From an uncultured Acidobacteriota bacterium (lineage in GTDB: Bacteria; Acidobacteriota; UBA6911), in the NCBI GenBank assembly GCA_963809485.1, contig CAWEJX010000007.1, positions 448,001 to 512,000 of the forward strand: a DNA stretch of 64,000 nucleotides. The letters are read 5' to 3'. Below are positions 43,672 through 53,080 of the stretch, in pieces. The notes below the pieces were generated by a model. That model made no database searches. It was not told where the DNA came from and worked only from the letters and a program-made list of their open reading frames with translations. The translations under genes were made by a program, and so were the position numbers. Position 1 is the first letter of the stretch, and the number at the start of each line of letters is the position of its first letter.

Positions 43672-44550
43672 ATGGCCAAAATCCGAAGAGCGGTTTTCCC
43701 TGCCGCAGGTTTGGGCACACGTTTTCTTCCTGCGACGAAAGCTCAACCTAAAGAGATGCTTCCCCTGGTTGACAAGCCCCTCATCCAGTACGCCGTGGAG
43801 GAAGCCGTCGCCTCCGGACTCGAGAACCTGGTGATCATCACCGGGCGGGGGAAGAATGCAATCGAGGACCACTTCGATGTTTCCTATGAACTGGAAAAGA
43901 CTCTGGAGCAGCGTGGACAATCGGAGTTGCTGAGCCGGGTACGTTCCGTTTCCGAAATGGTGCACATCGCCTATGTCCGGCAAAAAGAGGCTCTGGGACT
44001 GGGCCACGCCATACTTGTAGCCAGAGAACTCACGAACCATGAGCCCTTTGCCGTTCTGCTCGGAGACGATGTCATCGTGGCCGACGTGCCGTGCATTCGC
44101 CAGATGATGGACATTTATGAGCAATATGAATCCAGCGTGGTGGCGATCATGGAAGTCCCCATGCAGGAGACGGGCCGGTATGGGATCATCAAGGGCCAGG
44201 CTGTCCCCGGCACCGACGGAAAACTGTTTGAAGTGCTGGATATGGTTGAGAAGCCGAAGGTGAAGAAAGCCCCGTCCAACCTCGCCATCATCGGAAGGTA
44301 TATACTCACGCCGGCCATCTTTGAAGCGCTGGACGAAACCGAAAGGGGCAGCGGGGGAGAAATCCAGTTGACCGACGGGCTCTGCCGCCTGTTAAGCCGG
44401 GAAAAGGTACTGGCATATAAATTTCAGGGCAAGCGGCACGACGCGGGCGACAAGCTCGGTTTTCTGCAGGCAACGGTTGATTTCGCGCTGGCCAGCGAAG
44501 AGTTGGGGCCCGCATTCCGCGCGTATCTGAAATCGCTGGATCTTGGTTAG
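43672..44550 (+). CDS. galU: UTP--glucose-1-phosphate uridylyltransferase
   Basis: AVFPAAGLGTRFLPATKAQPKEMLP, VEKP, GEIQLTD. Confidence 0.97.
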   Translation: MAKIRRAVFPAAGLGTRFLPATKAQPKEMLPLVDKPLIQYAVEEAVASGLENLVIITGRGKNAIEDHFDVSYELEKTLEQRGQSELLSRVRSVSEMVHIAYVRQKEALGLGHAILVARELTNHEPFAVLLGDDVIVADVPCIRQMMDIYEQYESSVVAIMEVPMQETGRYGIIKGQAVPGTDGKLFEVLDMVEKPKVKKAPSNLAIIGRYILTPAIFEALDETERGSGGEIQLTDGLCRLLSREKVLAYKFQGKRHDAGDKLGFLQATVDFALASEELGPAFRAYLKSLDLG

Positions 44551-44678
44551 CCCGGAGAAGGCGTGTACTGCGGGCAACGGCGGTGGGATTGCCGGCGCCC
44601 GGACCAGCAGTAAGAGGCATTTTTGAATTCCCGCGAAGGTTGAATCAGGCAGCCTTCCGAATAAACTCGAGAGGTCTC

Positions 44679-45968
44679 ATGAGAATATTGGTAATCGGTT
44701 CCGGTGGCAGAGAACACGCGCTCGTCTGGAAGCTTCGCCAGAGTCCGCGCGTCGGCGCAATATTTTGTGCGCCGGGCAATGGAGGAATTGCGGGAACGGC
44801 CCGTTGCGTGCCTGTGCAGCCGAACGACTTTGGAGCAATCGACGACTTTGTCCGCAAGGAGAAGATCGATATCGTGGTTGTCGGCCCGGAAGCTCCCCTG
44901 GCTGCGGGCCTGGTGGACCACTTGAAAGGTTCCGGCGTCGGCGTCCTTGGGCCAAGCCGTCAGGCGGCGCAACTGGAGTCCAGTAAAGTCTTCGCCAAAG
45001 ATTTCATGAGCCGGCACGCAGTTCCGACCGCTCCCTATGCAACCTTCCGCGATCCGCAATTGGCGCTCGAATTCCTGGATTCCAGGACCGCCCGGTATCC
45101 CATTGTCGTCAAAGCTGATGGGCTTGCTGCCGGCAAAGGCGTTGTAGTCGCCGGAAATGCGCCGGAGGCGCGCGCGGCGGTCCAGCGCATCATGGTCGAG
45201 CGGGAATTCGGTTCGGCCGGGGATTTCATCATCCTCGAGGAGTGCCTGGAGGGTATCGAGGCGTCCTACATTGTATTTACGGATGGGGAAACGGTTCTTC
45301 CCGCGGTGGCTGCGAGAGACCACAAAGCGGTCAATGATGATGACCAGGGGCCGAACACCGGGGGCATGGGCGCCTACTCGACCGACGACGTCCTTGGCCC
45401 CGAACTCGAAGAGGAGGTTCTGCAGCGGGTCATTCACCCCGTCATTCGCGGAATGAAGGCTGAGGATCTGCCGTTTCAGGGAATCCTGTATGCGGGATTG
45501 ATGCTGACCGCCCGCGGAGTACAGGTCCTGGAATTCAACGTCCGCATGGGCGATCCGGAAGGCCAGGTAATCCTTCCGCGGCTCAAGAGCGATTTTTCCG
45601 AATTATGCGAGGCGCTCTGCAGCAGCCGGCTGAAGGACTATAAGGCCGCCTGGCACAAGGATGCGGCGGTTTGCGTGGTGCTCGCCTCCGGCGGCTATCC
45701 GGGGTCGTATTCCAAAGGGAAGGCGATCGCGGGCCTCGCGATGGCCGAAGAGGATCCCCGGGTCGCTGTTTTCCACGCGGGGACGCGGCAGGAAAATGGG
45801 GCTTTTTATACCGATGGGGGCCGTGTGCTTGGAGTGACGGCAACCGACAAAGACCTGGCCTCCGCCATGATGGCGGCATACGAAGCCGTCAACAAAATAC
45901 ACTTCGACGGGATGCATTATCGCCGGGACATCGGGGCCAAGGGCCTGGTGAAAACTCCTGGCGCATGA
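44679..45968 (+). CDS. purD: Phosphoribosylamine--glycine ligase
   Basis: GSGGREHAL, KADGLAAGKGV, GPNTGGMGAY, EFNVRMGDPE. Confidence 0.98.
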   Translation: MRILVIGSGGREHALVWKLRQSPRVGAIFCAPGNGGIAGTARCVPVQPNDFGAIDDFVRKEKIDIVVVGPEAPLAAGLVDHLKGSGVGVLGPSRQAAQLESSKVFAKDFMSRHAVPTAPYATFRDPQLALEFLDSRTARYPIVVKADGLAAGKGVVVAGNAPEARAAVQRIMVEREFGSAGDFIILEECLEGIEASYIVFTDGETVLPAVAARDHKAVNDDDQGPNTGGMGAYSTDDVLGPELEEEVLQRVIHPVIRGMKAEDLPFQGILYAGLMLTARGVQVLEFNVRMGDPEGQVILPRLKSDFSELCEALCSSRLKDYKAAWHKDAAVCVVLASGGYPGSYSKGKAIAGLAMAEEDPRVAVFHAGTRQENGAFYTDGGRVLGVTATDKDLASAMMAAYEAVNKIHFDGMHYRRDIGAKGLVKTPGA

Positions 45969-46026
45969 AATGACGGTGCGGCCTAGAATTGCGCGGCTGA
46001 TTTTTCTTCGATGAATGGAGGCGGCA

Positions 46027-46533
46027 GTGATCCTACCCCAGGTGGCCATCGTTCTTGGAAGTGATTCGGACTACCCTGTAATTCAGGACATGATACAAAT
46101 CCTGAAAGATTTCGGCGTCGCGCATGAACTGACGGTATCGAGCGCCCATCGCTCGCCGGACCGGACCCACAAATATGCCGCGAAACTTGAGGAGCGCGGC
46201 ATACAGGTGGTTATTGCCTGTGCGGGCGCCGCCGCGCACCTTGCCGGGGTGATTGCCGCACAGACGATTCTGCCCGTGATAGGCGTTCCGGTCGATTCCT
46301 CGCCCCTGAACGGTCTGGATGCGCTCCTGTCCACCTCGATGATGCCGGCAGGCGTTCCCGTGGCGACCATGGGCATAGGGAAAATGGGCGCCGCAAATGC
46401 CGCCGTCCTGGCGGTGCAGATCCTGGCCAGGAACGATCCTGCATTGGCCGGGCGCCTGCACGACTACAAAAAGAGGCTGGCGGATAAAGTCGAACAGCGG
46501 GACGCCGAATTGAAGAAGGCCCGGGATGTCTAA
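46027..46533 (+). CDS. purE: N5-CAIR mutase
   Basis: GSDSD, SAHRSP, AAHLAG, MPAGVPVAT; GTG start after GGAGG. Confidence 0.97.
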   Translation: MILPQVAIVLGSDSDYPVIQDMIQILKDFGVAHELTVSSAHRSPDRTHKYAAKLEERGIQVVIACAGAAAHLAGVIAAQTILPVIGVPVDSSPLNGLDALLSTSMMPAGVPVATMGIGKMGAANAAVLAVQILARNDPALAGRLHDYKKRLADKVEQRDAELKKARDV

Positions 46534-47854
46534 ATTTTCGGTCCGGACATTCGGCTGCCGCTGCAACCAGGCGGACAGCGCGGCGATCCGCGAAGGTCTC
46601 TGCCGCCGCTCCATGGCCGAAAGCGAAAACCCCCTCGATGCCGACCTCATTGTTGTGAATACGTGCACGGTCACGCACCGGTCGGATCAGCAGGTCCGCC
46701 AGGCAATCCGGCGTCTGCACCGCGAGAATCCCTCGGCGTGCCTGGTCGTGACGGGATGTTACGCCGAGCGGGATCCGGAAACCCTGGCGGCAATTCCCGG
46801 GGTGAATTATGTTCTGGGCAACGCCGACAAAGAACGGCTGCCGGAAATAGTGCGGGATCGCGGGCAGGATTCGCCGGGGCAAATCTTCCACGCCGCTATC
46901 GATGGAGCATGCGGCTGTCTGCTGCCGCCGATGGCGCAAACCGGAGGCAAGACGCGCCCGCTTGTCAAACTGCAGGATGGATGCGACGCCCGCTGCGCCT
47001 ACTGCATCGTCCCCTATGTGCGCGGGCCCGGACGAAGCGCGCGGCTCGAGGACGTCGTTGCCGAGATCCGGTCTCTTGCCGCGCAGGGTTTCCAGGAAAT
47101 TGTCCTTACCGGAGTTCACCTGGGCGCTTTCGGGCTCAAGATCAAAGGAAAGATCAAAGGACACCCGCGCCTGATCGATCTGCTGCGTCAGATCGTTGAA
47201 ATACCGGATCTTGGCCGGGTCCGGCTGAGCAGCATCGAGCCGATGCATTTTAGCCGCACCCTCATCGACCTGGCGGCCCGGAGCGCGGTATTCGCCCGCC
47301 ACTTCCACATTCCCTTGCAGAGCGGCAGCGACCGTATCCTGCGCCGCATGCGGCGGCCATACACTGCCGCCCGGTTCCGGGATCTGCTGCGGCGTATACT
47401 GGAGGCGATGCCGGACGCCGGAATAGGCACCGATGTCCTGGTCGGATTTCCGGGAGAAACAGAGGAAGACTTTTCCGAAACCTGCGCTCTCATCCGGGAG
47501 TCGCCTCTGGCCTACCTGCACGTATTTCCCTTCTCGCCTCGGGAAGGAACAGAGGCTTTTTCGCTGTCCGGCAGAATCCCGTCGAAAGTGATGAAAGAAC
47601 GGCTCAACCTGTTGCTTGCGATGTCCCGCGCCAAAAGCCTCGCGTTCCGGAGCAGGTTTTCCGGACAAGTGCTTCCCGCGATCACGCTAGCCCGTGAGGA
47701 AGAGCTGGGGGCTTCCATGGCCCTCACCGGAAACTATATCCACGTGCGGATTCCCGGCCTCACCGTGCCTCCCAACCGCCTTGTGAATGTCCGCATTGAG
47801 GATGTCCACCCGGATGCGACCTTCGGCCGATTAGAAAATTCCTCCCGCACATAA
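46526..47854 (+). CDS. mtaB: tRNA t6A37 methylthiotransferase
   Basis: TFGCRCNQ, NTCTVT, VTGCYA, QDGCDARCAYC, HVFPFSPREGT. Confidence 0.93.
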   Translation: MSKFSVRTFGCRCNQADSAAIREGLCRRSMAESENPLDADLIVVNTCTVTHRSDQQVRQAIRRLHRENPSACLVVTGCYAERDPETLAAIPGVNYVLGNADKERLPEIVRDRGQDSPGQIFHAAIDGACGCLLPPMAQTGGKTRPLVKLQDGCDARCAYCIVPYVRGPGRSARLEDVVAEIRSLAAQGFQEIVLTGVHLGAFGLKIKGKIKGHPRLIDLLRQIVEIPDLGRVRLSSIEPMHFSRTLIDLAARSAVFARHFHIPLQSGSDRILRRMRRPYTAARFRDLLRRILEAMPDAGIGTDVLVGFPGETEEDFSETCALIRESPLAYLHVFPFSPREGTEAFSLSGRIPSKVMKERLNLLLAMSRAKSLAFRSRFSGQVLPAITLAREEELGASMALTGNYIHVRIPGLTVPPNRLVNVRIEDVHPDATFGRLENSSRT

Positions 47855-47906
47855 TCCGCGATTCTCCCAAAATCATTCCCAAAAAATCTCGCAGCAGGAA
47901 AAGCAG

Positions 47907-47978
47907 GGACACCCGATATTTGGCGCAAGAGAAGCGTGTGGGGGAAGTGAAGAGTGTGGATGAAGAGTGTGGACACCC
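47907..47978. repeat. GGACACCC direct repeats and tandem TGAAGAGTGTGGA x2
   Basis: GGACACCC at 47907 and 47971; 13-mer tandem at 47948-47973. Confidence 0.6.
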
Positions 47979-48187
47979 AACATTTAACGAGAGTAGATAA
48001 AGAAGGTCGCTCCCATCACTCATTTATGGTTTTGCCTGGTATCAATAATCACTGGGGGATGTAGCAAATCGATAAGGGCAGGCCTGCAGTATTTGGCGAG
48101 ATGAAGACCAAGGATTGCTGGAGGCTATCTTCGTGATTAGGAAGAGGCTGTCCTTTAGGTGAAGGATACCTGGCAGAGGAGCGTGGC

Positions 48188-48730
48188 TCAGGCTGACTGC
48201 ACCGAAGGAGCTGCGAAAGCATTTCGAGCTTCGGATAAGCCAACGAGCCACCTTCGGCCGAGCTGATCCGCAAATTCACGCAGACTGGAAATAAGACCGG
48301 CTGCAAGGCGGAATTTCGGACCGAAACGGGAAATGGTATCTATCCAGGCTTGAGGCTTAGCGCCAATCCGCAGCAGAATCGGTGCAAGCCGGGGATCAAT
48401 GGCGCCGCGTTTGTCAGCCCGCAGGATGCGCCCTGATTGATCTACCAGATCAATGTAGTCGGCGGCAGTCATCTGAAGGATGCCACGTCGGCGGGCATCC
48501 GATTGAATGGGACACAGCCAAAGGGATGGGGTGTCGAGAGAACCAACAGGGATAGGCTCGGGTATAGAACCGGAAATGCCACCTTTATCTTCCGGCATCA
48601 GCATGTTCCCCGCGGAAGACCCGCCCGGGGCGTGTTGAGTTAACTCGCCAGGTACCAAAGCTTTGCTGGCCATTTCGCTCTGCCAGGCGCGAAGCCGTTC
48701 CTGAATGCTGGTGAAGTCGCTTGCCTCCTG
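48188..48730 (-). pseudogene. C-terminal half of a RAYT-like (Y1/HUH) transposase
   Basis: SDFTSIQERL...DYIDLVDQSGRILRADKRGAI...ILLRIG; the catalytic HUH N-terminus is missing. Confidence 0.65.
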
Positions 48731-48819
48731 CACCTGACCTGCACCTGCACCTGCACCTGCACCTGCACCTGGCCTGGCCCCTGGCCTGGCCCTGGCCTGG
48801 CCTGGCCTGGCCTGGCCTG
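48728..48819. repeat. Compound microsatellite (GCACCT)n then (GGCCT)n
   Basis: cctgcacctgcacctgcacctgcacctgcacctggcctggcccctggcctggccctggcctggcctggcctggcctggcctg. Confidence 0.95.
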
Positions 48820-48941
48820 ATCCTCTTATCGATAAGCTCGAGGAGCTTGCTGACCTCGAAGATATCAAGAAAATACGACGTGAACCGACGCGGCCCCTCG
48901 CAGATGTGATTCGCGATCTGGGATTAGATGGCGAAATATAG
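48819..48941 (+). pseudogene. C-terminal relic of a RelB/Phd-like antitoxin
   Basis: DPLIDKLEELADLEDIKKIRREPTRPLADVIRDLGLDGEI* overlapping the relE start; upstream in-frame stop at 48735 and no ATG between. Confidence 0.7.
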
Positions 48942-49188
48942 GATTGAGGTATCAGCTACTGCTGAGCGGCAACTGAAAAAGATACGCCGGGAGGACAAGG
49001 TTCGTATTCTGCGAGGCATTTCGCTTCTTGCCGATCAGCCCCGCCTCGATGGCTGTAAGAAGATGAGCGGCCACGATGATATTTATCGCATCCGTATCGG
49101 AAATTACCGTGTGATTTACGAGATCGACCGAAAGCGAATCATCGTTGTCATCCTGAAGATCGGCCACCGAAGAGAAGTGTACCGGTAA
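48928..49188 (+). CDS. relE: RelE/ParE-family toxin
   Basis: YRIEVS..AERQLKK...YRIRIGNYRVIYEI...KIGHRREVYR. Confidence 0.92.
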   Translation: MAKYRIEVSATAERQLKKIRREDKVRILRGISLLADQPRLDGCKKMSGHDDIYRIRIGNYRVIYEIDRKRIIVVILKIGHRREVYR

Positions 49189-49345
49189 TGTGGTTTTATC
49201 GCCGGTATTGCCGTTTAAAACTTCGATTGCCAGAGGGAATCCTTCAGGCGTGACAATCAAGGCAATAACCACCTGAACGCAATACGATCTCTTGTCACGG
49301 CTGTACCCAAACTGGCGCTTTCCTGTTTCCGGCGGATCGAACTTG
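49186..49345 (-). pseudogene. Internal fragment of an IS1634-family DDE transposase
   Basis: KRQFGYSRDKRSYCVQVVIALIVTPEGFPLAIEVLNGNTGDKTTL. Confidence 0.8.
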
Positions 49346-49408
49346 GTCTCCGTAATGGATCCGGCTGCATCCGCCGCCAAGGCGGAAAGCACGGGAGAGG
49401 CATTCGGG

Positions 49409-50059
49409 TCAGCTGATAATCTTTTTGCGTACCGCATAGAGCACAATCTCGGCGGTATTGTGCAGGTTCAGTTTCTGCATGAGATTGGTCCGGTGGGTCT
49501 CGACGGTATAGGTGCTTAATTCAAGGATTGCGGCTACTTCCTTGTTGGATTTTCCCTCCGCGAGCAGTTGCAGCACTTCCTTTTCCCGGTCCGTCAATAT
49601 GTCGTAGGAATCGTCCATCCCCCGCTGCTGCAGCGTCTTCACATAATCCTCGAGCAGCGTCTGGGCGATCTGCGGACTGAAGAAGGGGCGTCCCTGCGCA
49701 ACGACCTGCACAGCCCGCACCAGGTCCACTTCCGCGGAGTCTTTCAGCAGGTATCCCTTCGCGCCGGCGCTCAGGGCCCGGACAAGATACGCTTCATCCG
49801 GGTACATGCTGAGCATGATCACGCCGATCCTGGGATTGCTCTTCACGATCTTTGCGGTCGCATCAATGCCGTTGAGCTGCGGCATGGCAACATCCATGAT
49901 GACGACATGGGGTGCGAGCTCTTCCGCGAGTTTGACAGCCTCGCGGCCTTCCGAGGCTTCGCCGACCACCTCCATCCCGGGTTGGCGTTCCAGCAGGAAG
50001 CGGAGCCCTTTTCTCACGATGCCGTGGTCATCCGCCAGGAGTATGCGAATCTCGCTCAT
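49409..50059 (-). CDS. NarL/LuxR-family response regulator
   Basis: LADDH, MDVAMP, GYLLK, LTDREKEVL, TVETHR. Confidence 0.96.
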   Translation of the reverse strand: MSEIRILLADDHGIVRKGLRFLLERQPGMEVVGEASEGREAVKLAEELAPHVVIMDVAMPQLNGIDATAKIVKSNPRIGVIMLSMYPDEAYLVRALSAGAKGYLLKDSAEVDLVRAVQVVAQGRPFFSPQIAQTLLEDYVKTLQQRGMDDSYDILTDREKEVLQLLAEGKSNKEVAAILELSTYTVETHRTNLMQKLNLHNTAEIVLYAVRKKIIS

Positions 50060-51402
50060 GCTTCCGCCTCCGCACCGCTGAGAGGCAGTTGGACCTCCAG
50101 AACTGTGCCCCTCTCAGCATGGGATGAAATTGATAGCGCGCCACCCAATTTTTTCACTCTCTCCTCCATTCCGATCAATCCCAGCCCGCGTCCCACGGAC
50201 TCCCGGGAATCGAATCCGATTCCATCGTCGGCTACGGTTACGTAGAGGTGGTCTTTGCCTCCATGAACCGTAATCCTGACATTTTTGGCTTGAGCATGGC
50301 GCGCGCAGTTGGTGAGAGATTCCTGTGTCACCCGGTAAATACAGGTGCTCACCGTTTCGGGAACATTGCTCAGGTCCCCATCGACTTCTATCGATACCGG
50401 TATCCCGCTGCGGCCGGAGAACTCCCGTACATGCCACTGAAGAGCCGGGCCCAGCCCCAGATCATCAAGCATGGAAGGACGCAATCCCATGGCAAGATCG
50501 CGCACCGACTGCATCGTCCGCTTGGTAACGTCTTTCGCCTCGGCCAGGTGTTCCTGAAATTGGTCTCCCGGGGCGTTGCGCAGATGATCCAGGTTGCCCA
50601 GCTCCATTTTGAGCGCGGTCAGAAGCTGGCCGACCTCATCGTGCAGCTCCCGCGAGATCGATTTTCGCTCCTCTTCCTGTGCCTGCACAAGCTTTTGAGA
50701 TAGATATCGCAGCTCGCGTTCCGCGCGCTCCGCCCTGCTTCGCTGCTCGGCCGAGCGTTGCTCCAGGCGCGAAACGCGGAAGATGCTCATTCCGGCAACA
50801 CCCACCGCAAGAATAACCGAGAATGCGAACATTTTGAGCAGGTAGGCCTGGAAATCGAGGCGCTTTTTTTTGATTCTTTCCTGCTCCCTGATCAGATTGC
50901 GGGCATTCAGATCATCGATCTCGCGCGTGACGGAAACAATGGCGTGCCTGCGCGGTATCACCTGCCTCCTGAGAAACGCCGAACCGCGCGCGGCCTTTTC
51001 CTGAGGAGTCCATTCGAAGACAGGGTCCAGAGAGTCCCAGTAAATGTTTATTTCATTTCGCAGACGCTCCAGAATTTTGCCCTCGTCGTGGCTGATGAGA
51101 AGATTCAGGGACGCCAGATGCTTCGACAGCTCCGATCGTATTTCCAGCAGTTCATTCCGGTACATGGGTGCGGTCCCCTGGGTCGGATCCAGGAGATAAT
51201 CGCGCACCAGAATGCCGGACAAATAGTTGTCGCTTTGAATATCCTTGAGCATGGAAGCCGTCTGCCGGTAAATTTCGTGAATCGAAGCCACTTCTTGGGA
51301 AATCCGCTCAGCTTTCCGGAAACCTTCAAATCCAAGAACGCCGATGAGCACGACCAGGCTGCCAAATCCGATCAAAAGGATGATGCCTGTCCTGTACTTC
51401 AT
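50056..51402 (-). CDS. HisKA_3 sensor histidine kinase with periplasmic four-helix domain
   Basis: QEEERKSISRELHDEVGQ, QESLTN, DDGIGF, GLGLIGMEER; two TM segments. Confidence 0.95.
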   Translation of the reverse strand: MKYRTGIILLIGFGSLVVLIGVLGFEGFRKAERISQEVASIHEIYRQTASMLKDIQSDNYLSGILVRDYLLDPTQGTAPMYRNELLEIRSELSKHLASLNLLISHDEGKILERLRNEINIYWDSLDPVFEWTPQEKAARGSAFLRRQVIPRRHAIVSVTREIDDLNARNLIREQERIKKKRLDFQAYLLKMFAFSVILAVGVAGMSIFRVSRLEQRSAEQRSRAERAERELRYLSQKLVQAQEEERKSISRELHDEVGQLLTALKMELGNLDHLRNAPGDQFQEHLAEAKDVTKRTMQSVRDLAMGLRPSMLDDLGLGPALQWHVREFSGRSGIPVSIEVDGDLSNVPETVSTCIYRVTQESLTNCARHAQAKNVRITVHGGKDHLYVTVADDGIGFDSRESVGRGLGLIGMEERVKKLGGALSISSHAERGTVLEVQLPLSGAEAEA

Positions 51403-51492
51403 GGCGTTCCTCCGACTGTCATGCCTTTTCCGGCAAAAACTCCCGCCTTTAGGGGATACCCTCAAAAGGCGCTTTGCCCTTATTATAGGCGC

Positions 51493-52359
51493 ATGCTGGT
51501 ACTTATCACAGATCTGGATGGCACGCTCCTGGACGATGGCTATTCGTACCAGCCTGCGCTTCCGGCCCTGGAGGCGTTACAGCGCCTGCATATACCGCTG
51601 GTGCTTTGCACAAGCAAAACCTGCGCTGAAGCAAAAGCTTTCCGCCTCCGGATCGGCAACCGGGACCCGTTCATTGTCGAGAATGGCGGGGCGCTATATA
51701 TCCCTGAAAACTGCTTCCCGTTGGATCTGAATGCTCTGATTCACCGGGGCGGGCATGCTGTGATAGAGTTCGGGCAATCGTATCCGGAGCTCCTTCAATG
51801 CCTGCATCAGGCAGCGGCGGAGAGCGGATGTACCGTACGCGGTTTCCAGCAAATGACCGTTGAAGAAATCAGCCTGTCCTGCAAGATGCCCCTGGAAGCG
51901 GCCCGGCTGGCTAGGCAGCGCGAATACGACGAGCCGTTTGAAATCCTGAGCGGCGATCCCCGAAGACTGATTGCCGCGATCGAAAAGCGGAAGAAGCGCT
52001 GCACGCGCGGGGGCCGTTTTTACCATATTCTGGGAGCCAATGATAAATCGCACTGTGTAAATCTCCTGATCCACTATTATCAGAGAGCTTTCGGTCCCAT
52101 TACCACCATTGGTCTGGGGGATGGGCCGAACGATGCCGGATTCCTGAAGCTGGTCGATGTCCCTCTCGTTATGAAATCCCCTGCAAGTGAGGAGTTGTTG
52201 ACCGCTGTCCCGCATGCGCGACTATGCCCGGGCAACGGAGGACCGGCAGATTGGAATGCAGCGGTTCTGTCTGCTCTTGTCAAGCATCTGCCTGCCGAAA
52301 AGCCGGCGGCTGAAATGACAGCCTCGCGTTCGAATATGCCCAAGGCTGCCGCCGTTTAA
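51493..52359 (+). CDS. HAD-IIB mannosyl/glucosyl-3-phosphoglycerate phosphatase (MpgP/GpgP)
   Basis: TDLDGTLL, CTSKT, ENGG, REYDEPF, GGRFYH, GDGPND. Confidence 0.88.
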   Translation: MLVLITDLDGTLLDDGYSYQPALPALEALQRLHIPLVLCTSKTCAEAKAFRLRIGNRDPFIVENGGALYIPENCFPLDLNALIHRGGHAVIEFGQSYPELLQCLHQAAAESGCTVRGFQQMTVEEISLSCKMPLEAARLARQREYDEPFEILSGDPRRLIAAIEKRKKRCTRGGRFYHILGANDKSHCVNLLIHYYQRAFGPITTIGLGDGPNDAGFLKLVDVPLVMKSPASEELLTAVPHARLCPGNGGPADWNAAVLSALVKHLPAEKPAAEMTASRSNMPKAAAV

Positions 52360-52368
52360 TGGCAAGCC

Positions 52369-53076
52369 TCACAGATGCCTCCATAGCGGCCTGTCATCCG
52401 GGCTCTCTTCATCGGTCCCCTTTCCTTCCTGAAGGTAATTGCGCACAGACTCCCGTCCGCTGAGGCCGAGAGCCAGGCTGGCGGCCAGGACGATTCCTCC
52501 TACGACCAGGATGAATGCTGCCAGGAAGACATCCCGGGCGAAATCGAGATGGTCCGCGGCGGCGACGATTCCGACAAAGGTGAAAAGAGCCCGGACAAAG
52601 GCAGCCAGCTTTCGCGGCCAGGGCATTCCTTCGTTGACCGCCCATATCAGCGTAGTCCGTCCGAAGTACCTTCCGATCCAGGTTCCTGCGACAATAATGG
52701 CTGCGGCGCCCACAAGCTTGGGAAAGAGAAGCACGGCCATTTCCGTCAAGCGCGAGGAAAGGTCCGAGTTGAAGGAGTTCAGAGCTACAAGCATTCCTGC
52801 CACAAGAATTATCCAGTACGCCGTTTTTGCCGCTACCTGGGATGTCCGCAGGCGTCCGGACCGGTCGAGGATCGACGATAGTCCGCTGCGCTTTAAAAAA
52901 CGGTCGACGCTGATTCCCTTGAAGATTTTGATGATCAGCCATCGAGCGGCCTTTGCCATAATCCAGGCGACTGCAAGTACGAAAATGGCGGCGAGCAATC
53001 CGGGCACATAGGTCAGGATCTGGGAAGAAATCCTCTCAACCGCCTGCTTTAAAATTTGTTTCAGGAGACCAAGCAT
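52369..53076 (-). CDS. TM-helix-repeat membrane protein (MscS TM/CmpX-like)
   Basis: Two P.L.AA repeats, ALGLSGR C-terminal motif. Confidence 0.75.
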   Translation of the reverse strand: MLGLLKQILKQAVERISSQILTYVPGLLAAIFVLAVAWIMAKAARWLIIKIFKGISVDRFLKRSGLSSILDRSGRLRTSQVAAKTAYWIILVAGMLVALNSFNSDLSSRLTEMAVLLFPKLVGAAAIIVAGTWIGRYFGRTTLIWAVNEGMPWPRKLAAFVRALFTFVGIVAAADHLDFARDVFLAAFILVVGGIVLAASLALGLSGRESVRNYLQEGKGTDEESPDDRPLWRHL

Positions 53077-53080
53077 AGGC

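Noticed and set aside
48188-48868. 226-aa ORF with GAGAGA/PGQAR repeats as a real protein
   Set aside because: Chimera of antisense antitoxin DNA, the microsatellite and a transposase C-half.
50758-51492. Apparent 245-aa N-terminal extension on the HAD phosphatase
   Set aside because: Antisense to the histidine kinase; the HAD motif starts at ATG 51493, which has its own -10 element.
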